A stretch of 64,000 nt of DNA from the NCBI GenBank assembly GCA_017654855.1, contig CM030332.1:3720001-3784000 (forward strand). Reading direction: 5' to 3'. The stretch comes from Podospora anserina. Lineage: Eukaryota. Both the position numbers and the translations under genes were made by a program. The stretch's first letter is position 1. Each line of letters begins with the position of its first letter. The notes under the pieces are model-generated. The model searched no databases. It was not told where the DNA came from and saw nothing but the letters and a program-made list of their open reading frames with translations. Positions 1 through 14,639 of this stretch are shown here, in pieces.

Positions 1-1659
<1,659 letters not shown>

Positions 1660-3187
1660 CTGAGGTTTGATGGACTAATGAGTGGTGGAAGGTCTCTCGA
1701 TGTTATAGGACGAGGCTGGGAAGAGTGAAGATGGAAGAGGGAAGAGAATCAAGACGATGCACTCGGGGCTGGAGGTGGAAGCTTTTGGGTGAGCAGAGAC
1801 GGAGGGAGGGGCAGGTCGTCTGGTGGGGTGATCCCTGGTCGAAGGTAGGTAGCGAGAACCCCCCTCTTGTTAGTGACTGCCAAGGGTTTGCCATATCGGA
1901 AGCACCTCGCAGGTCGAAGGCGGGAAAGCTCTCGGTGTGTACCGTCTACATGCTACACCATCCCTGCCCTAATGCCCAGCCGATGTCAATTGCCAACCAT
2001 GGGGCTGCATGTGGGCGGATCGAGTGGCCGAGAGGACGGTTGTCTCTCGCCCGGTCAGGCCGTCCCCGTTCGGCGCAGGCGACTTCAATTCTATTCTTCT
2101 AAGAATCCGTTGTCGGAGCTTCATCCCTGACAGTCCGGTGGGATGGCGTGGGGTGTTGAATTGCAGACAGTCAAACATCCTTTTCACAACAGTCACAGCT
2201 GGAGACCCCCACCCAAGCACATGGAGGTCCCGTCGCCTTGCTGCAAAGTTTGCGGCGGCTTTGCACGGGCGAGTTGTCTGCTCGCATCCGCCCCGGCCGA
2301 TGTCAACCTTTTTTTGATATTGATGGATAAGACGGTTGCCCCTCCATGGCCAGACTGACAACTGGTTGAGCTACCCCGCAGCCCAAGTTTTAAGACGTCA
2401 ACAAGTGGATCACAGCACTGGCCAGGTCCACCCCAACAGAAGAAGAGCTCAGCTCTTGTCGAGAAGCTTCCAAAGACCCTTGAATCAAGATCGAAGCATT
2501 GATATGAAAGCTCTCCCAAGAATGTAGCGATGAGAAGGCTTTGGCACTCTGTCTTGAGCAATTATCCCATGTATGACCTTATCACTTCACTAAGAGGGTT
2601 GGGGTGCTGTTCTCGAGTTCTGTCATGATCTTCATTTCTGCGGTCAGCCACGGAACTCCGTACAAGTGTCCCGGAAGGTTACAGAGTCTCATATTGCTGG
2701 CGAGCTCCCGTGTGTTGTGCTCCTGAAGAAAAAAAATCGTCCAGCGGGATCCGACCTACAACAAACATCTGGCGGGATCCGTCAACGCCAATTTTCCCAA
2801 CTATAGCTATTGGCAGACCAGAGGCAAAGATCAACAGATTAAACAAATATCTAGCAGCCATACCTAACAAAAAGTCATCCGGAACATAATAGCTTCACCA
2901 TTACGTGCTCCCATCTGACCAAGAGTTGAGAGATGAAGTTGCTCCTGACCGCCTGCCTAAAATGGTCTAATAGCTTCTTGCGTGGTCAGTCAGCAGGAAG
3001 GGGCGGAAAAGGAGGCCTGTGCTCAGCCAGATTGCCCGCCTTTACAGGCCACCAAGGTGCATCAATTTGGGAGTTTGCAGGAAAGAGCCTTCTGACGAGC
3101 ACCGCACGTAAGGAAGGTGCGATAGTTGGGCTCATTGTACATAAAATTGTTGCTTTTCGTCTCTCCTTCACTCTCTTCTTTTCCATC

Positions 3188-6100
3188 ATGTTCCGTTCTT
3201 GCGTTGCAGCACGGCCAACAGCCAGCCAGGGAGCCCGGAGACATCTAGGACTTGCACCGTTGAGAAGAACAGCGCAGAGTTTTACTTCACGGTATGCAAC
3301 TGGAAGGTCGCCTCTGACGGGACCCGCTCCCCCTTCTAGGAAGTACTAAGGCCCAAGCGGATTTGCTAAACCACCCCGCAGTCACTCATCATCACCCTCA
3401 TCAGTCTCAGTCTCACCACGGCGGTCTTACTCTGCCACTTCTATTGCTACTGCCACCCTCACTTCGAAAACAACAACTTCCACTTCTCAACGCCCTCTTT
3501 TGACCCAGCGAACAGCTCGCCTAGCAACTCGTCCACCAGTCCGGCACTGCTCATACCGCCGTCACAACATGTGCAGAACTCACGCCCAAGCCGATGTGGC
3601 TAGTGGGGTCAATGTGGCAGCTCGTGAGCTGCTCCCCACCAACGTCATCCCACGGCACTATCATGTTACTCTCGAGCCCAACTTCAAGGACTTCACCTTC
3701 GACGGCACTGTCGTGATTGACCTCGATGTGGCCGAGGACTCCAAGTCCATTTCCCTTCATACCCTTGAGCTTGACGTGCACAGTGCCACTGTCAGCTCCG
3801 AGGGGCAGACTGTCAGGTAGGTTCCATACCCCGCCAACAATGCTCGTTCCGCCCCTGAATGGGCCACCAAAGCTCACAATAAACACAGCTCCTCGCCCAA
3901 GATCTCATACAATGAGACCACCCAAGTCACCACGTTTGACTTTGACAATGAAGTCCCCAAAGGCAAGAAGGCCCAGCTTGAGATCAAGTTCACTGGTCAG
4001 CTGAACGACAAGATGGCCGGTTTCTACCGTTCGACTTACAAGAAGGAGGACGGCTCCCAGGGTCTTCTTGCCGTCAGCCAGATGGAACCTACCGATGCTC
4101 GCCGCTCTTTCCCTTGCTTTGACGAGCCTTCACTCAAGGCCGAGTTCACAGTCACACTCATTGCCGACAAGAACTTGACCTGCCTCAGCAACATGGATGT
4201 TTCTGGCGAGACAGAGGTTCAGTCGAAGCAGACCAATGCCGCCAAGAAGGCCGTCACCTTCAACAAGTCACCACTCATGTCCACATACCTTGTGGCTTTT
4301 GTTGTTGGTGAGCTGAACTACATCGAGACCAACGAGTTCCGTGTCCCCGTCCGTGTGTATGCTCCCCCTGGCCAAGATATTGAGCATGGTCGCTTCTCAC
4401 TCAACCTCGCTGCCAAGACTCTCGCGTTCTATGAGAAGGTCTTTGGCATCGAGTTCCCCTTGCCCAAGATGGACCAGATCGCTATCCCCGATTTCGCCCA
4501 GGGCGCCATGGAGAACTGGGGTCTGGTGACGTACCGTGTTGTCGATTTGCTGCTGGATGAAAAGGCCAGTGGCGCGGCGACCAAGGAGCGTGTTGCTGAG
4601 GTTGTTCAGCACGAGCTGGCTCACCAATGGTTTGGTAACCTTGTCACTATGGATTGGTGGGATGGCTTGTGGCTCAACGAGGGCTTCGCTACCTGGGCCT
4701 CGTGGTATTCCTGCAACATCTTCTACCCCGAGTGGAAGGTCTGGGAGACGTATGTTGTCGACAACCTTCAGCGCGCCCTGTCTTTGGACTCCCTCCGCAG
4801 CAGTCACCCCATTGAGGTGCCTGTCAAGCGAGCCGACGAGATCAACCAGATCTTCGATGCCATTTCTTACTCCAAGGGCTCTTGCGTCCTGCGCATGATC
4901 TCAACCTACCTTGGCGAAGATACCTTCCTGGAGGGTGTCAGACGTTATCTCAAGAAGCACGCCTACGGCAACACCCAGACCGGAGACCTCTGGGCGTCTC
5001 TTGCTGAGGCCAGCGGAAAGGGCGTCGAGGATGTTATGCAGGTGTGGACCAAGAACATCGGCTACCCTGTTGTGACCGTCGAGGAGAAGGGCGACAACAC
5101 CGTCAAGCTGAAGCAGAACCGCTTCCTGCGCACTGGCGACACCAAGCCCGAAGAGGACAAGGTCATCTATCCCGTCTTCTTGGGTCTCCGCACCAAGGAT
5201 GGTATTGACGAGTCGCAAACTTTGAGCAAGCGTGAGGACACCTTCAAGGTGCCCAACAACGACTTTTTCAAGCTCAACGCCAACCACACCGGTCTGTACC
5301 GCACCTCTTACTCCCCTGAGCGTCTCGCCAAGCTTGGCGAGGCTGCCAAGAACGGTCTTCTCAGCGTGGAGGACCGCGCCGGTATGATTGCCGATGCCGG
5401 TGCTTTGGCTACCTCTGGCTACCAAAAGACGTCTGGAGTCCTGAATCTCCTCAAGGGATTCGAGACGGAGACCGAGTTCGTTGTCTGGAACGAGATCATT
5501 GGTCGTGTTGCCTCAGTTCAGAGTGCCTGGATGTTCGAGGACAAGGCTGTCCGCGACGGCCTGGAGGCTTTCCTGCGCGAACTTGTTAGTGCTAAGGCGC
5601 ACCAACTTGGCTGGGAATTCTCCGAGAAGGATGGTCATATTGAGCAGCAGTTCAAGGCTATGCTCTTCGGAAGTGCTGGTCTGTCCGGGGACCAGAAGAT
5701 CATCGATACGGCCAAGGAGATGTTCAAGAAGTACATGGCCGGTGACCGGTCTGCTGTGCACCCCAACATTAGGGGCAGCGTCTTTAGTATGGCGCTGAAG
5801 CACGGTGGCAAGGAGGAGGTGCGTTGTTTTGTCCCCTATTGTCTATGATGGATGCTGACTGTGTTGTTAGTACGACGCCGTCCTCGACTTCTACCGCAAG
5901 TCTACCAACAGTGATGAGCGCAACACTGCCCTGCGCTGCCTCGGCCGTGCCAAAGATCCCGAGCTGATCAAGAGAACTTTGGATCTCCTGTTCAGCGGTG
6001 AGGTCAAGGACCAGGATATCTATATGCCGACTGCTGGTCTGCGTAGCCATCCCGAGGGTATCGAGGCCTTGTATGAGTGGATGACGCAGAACTGGGAGAA

Positions 6101-6344
6101 GCTTGTCGAGAAGCTCCCTCCTGCGCTGTCTATGCTCGGTACCATGGTGACTATCTTCACGTCTAGCTTCACGAAGAAGGAGCAGCTTGCCAAGGTTGAG
6201 CAGTTCTTCGCTGACAAGAGCACCAACGGATTCGACCAGTCTCTTGCGCAGAGCCTGGACGCCATTCGCTCCAAGATCTCCTGGGTCGAGCGCGACCGTG
6301 AGGATGTCGCTGCTTGGGTGAAGGAGAACACGAAGAGTTCGTAA
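3188..6344 (+). CDS. APE2: M1-family aminopeptidase (Ape2/Aap1-like) with presequence-like N-terminal extension
   Basis: Exons 3188-3291, 3382-3816, 3889-5818, 5871-6344 (980 aa). Motifs GAMEN and HELAHQWFG..LWLNEG (HExxH-18x-E); ERAP1-like C-terminal region. A second in-frame ATG lies at 3569. Confidence 0.95.
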
Positions 6345-7582
6345 ATGTCGACACGAGGACTATGAAGAAGATGGTTAGCCTGACGAATGGATGAGGCAGG
6401 AATCAAAAGCATTTCAAGTCATCTCTAGACTGGGGCGTTGAGTTAAAGCTGGCTTAAGTCATCATGGTAGACATGTAGACATAGAGTGCTGGCAATGTAA
6501 AATACAGAGACAACTACACCAAAATTACAAAACATTTTGACAAACATGGCCTCGTTGACCCCCCCCCCCCTCCCCACTTACCTTGATATTCTGCAGTTCG
6601 GAGATATTGAAGAGGTATCATGTAGAGCAGACGATCTGCGCAAGTCGCAGATCTGTAAAGTGCTCAAAGTGGAAGCTGTCAACGAGTGGCTCTGGAGCTC
6701 TCGGGCTTTTGAGAGGTATAGGAAGGTGAGGTGGTGGTCGGAGCTCATGGTCCGTGGTTCTCACTTGTCATTACTCTCCATCGCCCTGGATTGCGAACTG
6801 GTCCTGCGATTGTTATTTGAATCAATCTGGCAACCGATATACAGGTCAGGCCAACTTTCTTACCGGATTTCTATGATGATGAAGATCAATTCAAGCAAAC
6901 CTTTATGCGCATCTTATCAGTTGTCGTTGCAGTCAAGTTAAAGCATGGGGGGAGGGTCGAAAGAGAATGGACCAATAAGATCATCACAAATTCTCCGGCC
7001 GAGCTATGTTTCAACCCCCTACCACCCCCCCTTTTGCCACGCCATTCCCCCCATCCCTTGGCTCTTGGGGACTGGCTGTATGGAAAAGCAAGAAGGTTTC
7101 ATAGTTTCCCATTACCACCAACCCCTCTGATGGCAAGGGGAGTTTGTTAGTGGGATGTTACAGATCGAACGGTTGATCATCGCCGCTTACCTGGAGATCT
7201 CCGTAGTTCGGTGATCCCTGGTATGGCATGGGTAGTTGTTGTGAAGGAAAACCACCTGGTCTCCCCCGGGTTCTTTTTGGACTTGTATCTGTTCATCTTA
7301 CATCCTCGAGTTCGCCATTTGCTTGAACTTCCGACGGCATCCCGCGAATCCTTTTTTTTGTTTCGTGGTTTGGGTCAATCACCGATGCTGGCATCATTGT
7401 TCTTTTCTTGAATCCTTCTTTTTTTTTTCGTTTCTTGCCGGCTGGGTCTGTGGCCTTTTTTCCCCTTTTGGTTTCTTTATCTTCCATCTCGTCGTTGTTG
7501 TTGTTGTGGTTGTCCATCTCCAGCCTTTTTGAAGAACTACCCCGACAAGCAACGACAGCTTCTCCCACTTGAGCGGCAAAGG

Positions 7583-8190
7583 ATGTTCCCCAAACTCCTC
7601 ACCACCACCCTTGCGGTCCTCCTCCTCCTCACTTTCTCCCCTCTCGGCGCCCTCTCGGCCCCTACTACAGCGCCAAAACCCCGCTGGTTCGAAACTTATT
7701 CTCATGTTGCCCGCCGCGCGATAGTGCCTCAGTCGTATTATGAGGTGCTGCATATCCGGAGACAGCAGTACGCCCTTGCCAATCCAAGGTCTATAGTCAA
7801 GGATGTTGTCTGCCTGGACAGAAAGGCGTATGTTCTCCCCCCCTCCCGCCCCTTATCTTTAGTTGGTGTAGGTGGCTAATAAACTGTAGGCATATTGTTG
7901 CTCATGACGAAGCCGCTGCCTCGCTCCAGATTTGCAACGGGAGTATAGCTGGCACGGGCAGAGGTCAGTACTGCCAGGACGGGCTGAAGGCAACAGAAGC
8001 AAAGGTCGGGACGGCAGTTTTTCGGCTGAAGAGCGTGAACGAGAGGCAGAGTATCAATGTTAGTAGGGAGAGGTGGCAAATGTGTGTGCAGGCGGCTAGG
8101 GAGGCTTGTCCTACGGGCGGGTTGAGAGGGGTTTGTCTTGGGGCGGCGAGGTGGGGTGGGAGTGTTGGGTTTGAGTTGGGGAATGCTTGA
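7583..8190 (+). CDS. Small secreted cysteine-rich protein (181 aa), function unknown
   Basis: Exons 7583-7827 and 7890-8190 (intron GTATGT...GCTAAT...TAG). Hydrophobic signal peptide MFPKLLTTTLAVLLLLTFSPLGALSA; 6 Cys in the mature part. Confidence 0.75.
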
Positions 8191-8678
8191 GCTTAGGGGA
8201 TGTGAAGGAAAATAGAGATGTCTCTTTTGTGATTTTGGACAGGTGTTGGATGCGGTGAAGAGTTCGTATCACAAGTCGAGACTTTTCCATATGCTAGAAG
8301 AATTGCCAAATTTTCAAATAAATGACCCTTGATTCTCGAATGGTATTGGGTTAGTCTCGTCAGCATAGCTTAAAAGCAAAGGGGTTGGCGAGGGTTAGGG
8401 TTTAACGTGGTTTTGCATCGAAGTGGTCAAGATTGGGGAATCACATGACTTGGTGTCACTCATTAACGCGTCTCATTGTCCTATCGCCTTCGAACTGGTT
8501 TCGCAGGCTCTCATCTCGTCCATCAACTCACCACCCGTTGTATTCACCCGTCAACTTTTTTCATCAAACTGCTGTACATCGATTTACATAATCGACTTAA
8601 CATTTCATTGTATATCGCCCTCACTCTCACCTTTTCTTGCAAGCAACAACACCATCGACTCCCACCTCTGACCACAAA

Positions 8679-10217
8679 ATGCCCCTCGGCATCCAACGCC
8701 TCAACGCCAAGAAATCCCAACCCAACGACCGCATCATCTTCATCAAGCCCATCCCCGGGCCCCATGAAGCTATCGCTCAGGATTTCCTCGAGCGAATAGC
8801 TGCGCAATGCGGTGAGTTCCCCATCCCTTCCCGCCAGAGGAATCTCTTAACTTCAACCCCATCCTCTCAACTCAACGCATGCCTAACCCTAACCTCCAAC
8901 CCTCACACTAACTAACAACCCCCCTTTCTATTAGTCCCCATAATGCGCCAACACCACCTCTCGGTCACCTCTTTAGAAGAATTCCCCCCCAACCGTGAAT
9001 TCGTCGGCCGCAACTTCAACGCCGGCGAGGTAATCCAGCTAGTCCTCAAATCCCATTCAGGTCGTTGGCTCCCCTTCAACTATGTTCAAATGGTCATGAT
9101 GCATGAGCTCGCCCACAACAAGCAGATGAATCATTCCAAGGCTTTCTGGCAGGTTCGCAACCAGTTTGCTGATGAGCTGAGAGGGTGGTGGCAGAGGGGT
9201 TTCACTGGGGAGGGTCTTTGGGGTAGGGGCGCATTGTTGAGTACGGGGGAGTGGGAGAGGAATGCGGTTGGGGAGGGGGAGGTGTTACCGGAGCATTTGT
9301 GTGGTGGGACGTATCGGAGTAGGAGGGGGGGAAGGAAGAGGAAGGTGAAGGTTGATTGGAGGGAGCAGAGGGAGAGGAGGATACTCAAGAAGTTTGGGGC
9401 GGGAGGGGAGAAGCTTGGGGAGGATGAGGCGGTGAAAAAGGAGTTGGAAAAAGGGAAGAAGGTGAAGGGGAAGCCGAGGGTGGCAGGGAGTGGGAGAGGG
9501 AGGGAGTTGAGGGCTGCGGCTGCTTTGGCGAGGTTGGAACAGGGGAGGAAGGGGGAGGGGGAGGTGAAGAAAGAGGAGGGGGAGGAGGATGAGACGGATA
9601 GTGGGGATGAATATGAGGAGGATGTGAGCCAGGGTCCGGATGCGGTTGACTTTGATGGGAAGAAATTGCTTGATGGGAAAGGGCAGGGGATGGTGAAGGT
9701 TTGCGACGACGAGAATCCCAATGATCAGGATGCGCAGGATGAACTGCGGGAGTTGCAGAGTTTTGGGAGGATCAAGAAAGAGCCTGGAACTGGGTCGTTG
9801 ATTCTCAACTCGGTCAAACCAACACCGATAAAGCCAGACACCTCATCAGAAAAGAGACCACCAGTACCAAACCCGCCGCCACCGAAACAGAAAGTCCAGG
9901 CACAGTCGCCAAATACCAAACTATTACACCCGAAAGCAGAGCAATCTCAGCCTCTTAAACTGAAAACACCAGCGCCATTACCCACTACTGCCACAACTAA
10001 ACCGACCACGTGCCCAACTTGCTCCTTTGACAACGAGCCAATATCCGCCATTTGCGCTATATGTAGCAATGTCCTCAACCCAGCGAGGGTTTCCGACTCT
10101 TGGGCATGTACCAGCACGACGTGTACCGGGACAAAGTATCGCAATGCGGGCGACGTTGGAATTTGCGGAGTGTGTGGAGCTCGCAAGCCACAGGCTATAT
10201 TGGCGGATCAAGCTTAA
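8679..10217 (+). CDS. WSS1: WLM-domain (Wss1-like) metalloprotease with C-terminal Cys4 zinc-finger motifs
   Basis: Exons 8679-8811 and 8935-10217. Motifs LEEFPPNREFVGRNFNAGEVIQLVLK and VMMHELAHNKQMNHSKAFW; C-terminal CPTC..CAIC and WAC..C..CGVC. Exact orthology among fungal WLM paralogues is not established. Confidence 0.85.
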
Positions 10218-11056
10218 ATCGCCCCTGCGTACCGGGACAGTAAACAAAGGGGGTGACAACGGCGGGGCAACCACCGGGACAGGGATCCTGGTTTAGGGGG
10301 GGGTTATGTATGTATATGCCCATGTCAGGATCAAGGGAAGAAAAAGACCCCATCCTACGTCTATGATCTGATTTACCTTTTACGGCAAGACCAGACTGTT
10401 GAACAGCTCTCTTTACGTCATCTCCTTGCCCATCCATCCCATCAGTTCATACCTCTTGTTGACCACTCACTCCCCATTCTTGACCCCCATCTTTCCTATA
10501 CAGTTCCCATATCCATACCCCCCTTTCCCTCCACCCAATGTCACCATTTCTACGAATATCTTCAACACTTCAAACCCCTCCCCCAGTGCGAATAACCATA
10601 GCACACTATCCCTGGGCACTGTCCCAACGCCAAACACAGCCACACCAGTTTCACCACCACCCACAGATAGCTGTCGAAATTACTATCCAAAATTTCCCCT
10701 TTTTAAGTTGGCACAGAATTTTCTTCTTCACTCCATGTGACCCATAGACCGCATAGATAGCAAAAAAGAATAAACAAAAAAACTTAAACCTCTCCACATC
10801 ACCTGTTGTATATCGTGCCTCAACCGTGAAACCATTTTACCATCCTGTGACATTCAACACCCTCAAATCAAACCGAATAGCACACCACAAAATCATATCT
10901 CAAATGTGGTGGCCAACACCCGACCAGAAACAACCTCCTCTTTCCCCCTCGACCCTTCTTCCATCTTGAGTTAGACATGTCACATCACCATCACCATCAC
11001 CAAGCCAATCGCAAACATCTTTTTGGCCGCCGAAACCAGAAACATGCCTCTCTTTT

Positions 11057-11312
11057 GAAGAGAACCATTACAGAGCCCCCTATTCATCTTACCAGCGCCC
11101 TCTCTCTCGGCCTATTTACTCACCCTCCCTACAATACAGTCAAAGGCCTTGAAAGAAAATCAAGAAGCCTTTAAACTATCTTTAAAGGCCTATTAACTAT
11201 ATTTTAACACCTAATAATTATAAAAGAAACTCAGGGGAGCTACCTCTTCGTCTTTTGGGGAGGGGGTGGATCTTGGGTAAATAAACAGGGGGCTCACGTA
11301 AAGGTTCTCTCC
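11057..11312. mobile_element. Non-autonomous TIR DNA element (MITE-like), copy A
   Basis: Imperfect ~35-bp TIRs (GAAGAGAACCATTACAGAGCCCCCTATT... / ...AACAGGGGGCTCACGTAAAGGTTCTCTCC). Flanked by direct repeat TCTTTT at 11051-11056 and 11313-11318. Aligns to the reverse complement of 32262-32635. Confidence 0.8.
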
Positions 11313-12153
11313 TCTTTTATCCTTGGGACTCTATTGCTCTATTGGGGACTTTATAAGGTATCCAAACCTCTGGTAAGTCTTTCTGTCTATTCATCCTTCC
11401 CCGTTTTGTCTACCCATTTCATGCCCATCTTTCTATCCTGGAAAAAAAAACAAAAAGAAGAGAAACATCCTCAGAGTCCCGACCATTTCCCTCGCCATTT
11501 CCTTCCCTTCCACCTTTTTTTGGTGATTATTTCCGCTTCATTTTCTCTCCCCTTCTTGCACTCTCGAGTGTTGCTGACTACAATCTGTCGCCAGGCGTGC
11601 TCCTCCCCAAGATCCCTCCTTCGGCCGGCCATACTACTCTCCTCGGTGACCACCCATCCCCAGTATTATTTATCAAGACTTATCCCTTTTCGGGCTTTCT
11701 AATCGCCTAAGAAGCGCATACCAGATCCCAAGGCACTGAAACAAAACGAGAAAAACAAACAAAATACAAAATACCACACCTGTTACCACACCAATCAATA
11801 ACAACACAAAAAGTACAACCCATATTCCACTCCGAAAACAAGAACAAAACATAAACGAAAAGCTAATGCCTATGATGCAGCGTAGAAAATGCTGTTCAAG
11901 GCTACCGCCGGCGGTATAGCGGGTATTGTCGTTAAAAACCAGAGTGTGAAATCACGGGTATCTCAAAGCCAACAAAGAACCCCAATCCAAGACCGAAAGA
12001 GAACCCGTCAAGGAGCTAACACTTCCTTTGAACAACCAACCCCACCACAAAAGGATCAAGCGAAAAAACGCAAGAAAATGAAACCGCAAATCAACTTTGC
12101 CCCGAAGCCCAACTCAAGGCAAGAGGCTACCCAAAGACAAAATCGACGCGCCA

Positions 12154-13612
12154 CTAGGGTTGACTATCCAGGGCGGCAAGATTGTCTATCATGGCCTGAT
12201 CATACCCCTTCGACTTGTCATAATCGGCGAGCCACTCGTCCCAAGTGAGGTTCGACAGTTTATCGTCCTCGGTCCAGTGCTGCGAAGGCTGCTCAGGACC
12301 CAAGACACCCCTCTCGGGAAAATTGCCCAAGACAACCCTCTCGGGAAAATGCCCCAAAGGCTGTCCTGGAAAGTGCTCGCAATGCGAGCAATAACCGCCG
12401 CTGTCACCACCATTAGTCGCAGCACGCAGACAGAGACAAAAGGGATGAGGGGTGGGGAAGAGATGGAAAAGCTCACCATTTCCAATCCGAATCTCGCCGG
12501 GTCTCCTGATCGAAGAAAGTGAGCAGCAGCTTCGTGGTGGCAATACCGGTCCATCGATGTGCGTTGGTCCTCCACTCTTTCCAATCAAGTTCCAGATCTA
12601 TATCATTCTCGGCATTCCAATTGAGGGTTCTGTCGAGATGGGAAATGATTCTTGTCCACTCTTGCTCTTCCAACAACTCTTTGGTCTTGGGAGTTGTAGC
12701 CGCCTTGACGATCTTGTGACCTTCATTGGACAACGACCGAATCATAACCCGGATTGCCCAGTTCTCATGGATGCCATCGTTGGCATCATCATCAAGTTGT
12801 CCGCATCGGGCCTCGAGGTCGGTCATTTCGAACCTTGTTTCGCAGATATAGAGCCGCATGAAACAGCGGGCGCAGAACAGATTTGTGCGCTCGTGGTAGG
12901 GGACAGTCCTGTCGGCAGCCTCAAGGTGCCGTTGCACAAAGAGAGAGTTGCAGCGCTTGCATGCCTTGTAGTTCCCTTCTGGGCGGTTCGACTGGCTATT
13001 GAGAAGAGACTGGCCATTGTTCGTCTGCCCATGCTCACGCCTGCTCTTCTTGTTGGGGACTGGAGAGTCACCATTGCCGACCGCAGCAGAAATCGACTGA
13101 CCAGTCAGAGGAGACGAGTCGCTACTAATCGACTGGCTCTTTCGCTTGATCGATTCCCGGCTCTCGCGTTCCGAGTTGCTGGGATGAATGTCGGCCTGGT
13201 CGCACGGTTGTGAGTTCATGGAAAGCAAAGCAAACGGACGGAAGGGGGAAATCGCGAAAGAACCTACTGGGTTTCCAACAATGATCGTGTCACCAACGGC
13301 ATTGCTAGAGGGTCGTCTGGGTTGAGGGACGCGAGGTTGCAACATGGGTCGAAGACGAGACGGTTCGACTGTACTAGGGGCAGAAACCGCTGCATGTCTG
13401 GCGGGAATCGAAGTAAATGGAGACATCATTCCTGTCGGGGAGTTGGTAAACCGTGGAGGCCATTCCGACGGTCGGCGTGTCGTCATGGCTGCCAAGGGGG
13501 GATTAGGTTCAGGGGCGGCTGCGGTCGGATTTGTTGAGAAGGGTGTTGGTGAAGAGCTGGCCTGGGTCGGACGCCCGCTTCTTGATGAAGAAAATCCTCT
13601 CGCTGGAAACAT
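12154..13612 (-). CDS. Hypothetical protein (460 aa): Ser/Pro-rich N-terminus, Cys-pair-containing C-terminal domain
   Basis: Exons 13612-12477 and 12400-12154, joined in frame by intron GTGAGC...GACTAAT...CAG. Motifs CKRC, CARC, CGGYCSHC. Start codon uncertain because the ORF stays open further upstream. Confidence 0.65.
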
Positions 13613-13778
13613 CTTTTTCTCGCTGGAATGTCCAGTAGGATGCTCGAGTCGCGACCAACTTGGGTTCTTCGAACACGGGTGTGGTTGAGGCGTCTTAGGC
13701 AAACATCGGGGCCGCACGCCTCGCCGACGATAGCGTGGAAGTAATTGATGCTTGTGTGGAGCGAGGAAGGGGAAGGAA

Positions 13779-13819
13779 GAGGGGAGAGGGGAGAGGGGAG
13801 AGGGGAGAGGGGAGAGGGG
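13779..13819. repeat. (GAGGGGA)n purine minisatellite
   Basis: About 6 tandem 7-bp units read directly from the sequence. Confidence 0.85.
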
Positions 13820-14639
13820 AGGGAGAGGGAGAAGGAGAGGAGGGAAAAGACGGATGGTAATGGGGACGGTTATAATGTTAACGAAAATAAAAACCGGGGG
13901 GATACACTGGGGAGGCAAGATACGTTTAACAGTGGCCCTACGCACTGTAAAACGACCAAAGATGGCGGAGGTTGCTCTGGGGAAAGAAGCAAACAGTGCT
14001 CCACGGTGACAATAGTAGCCAAACTACGGATATGGTGAAAATGCTACTGGACAATGAAAACGAGTGGATGGGAGTTGGTGGTGGTGAAGGCGATGGCGGA
14101 GGGGGGGTTGCTCTCGGGCCCAACGACAGGCATACTAGGTGGAGGTGGAAGGTAATCCAAGAGAGGGTGAGTCTATCCAGGTCTAATTACTGAGTGGAAA
14201 CGGACAACTTGACGATAACCTTAAAACCATTTTGTTGTGCCGCTTTATGTATAGGTTATGCCTGCCTCGGTAAATGTCTCCTCAACCTGAGTTGGACGAA
14301 CCACCGTAACACAGTTAAAGACGATTGTTCATGTGAGTATTGTCCTGGTGTGAATGCTGTGCATCTTTTGTTGTCTCTACTTGGTGAATATAGTTACGGT
14401 GACTGGCTGAAGGTAACTTCACATCTATCCCGGAACAAAAACCCAACCCCATGTAATCTTGTAAGGTCAAGCCTCAGCATCACCCACAAATCAGCCAGAC
14501 CCCTTCCTCCGTATCCCAAGCCCGTTGTTGAGAGAACCACCCAATGTTCTAGACATGTGAAAGATGAGGTGGACTTGAATTTATTTCTATAAACGTCCGC
14601 GATTTATACATCATACATATTCATACAACCGGCTCCCCA

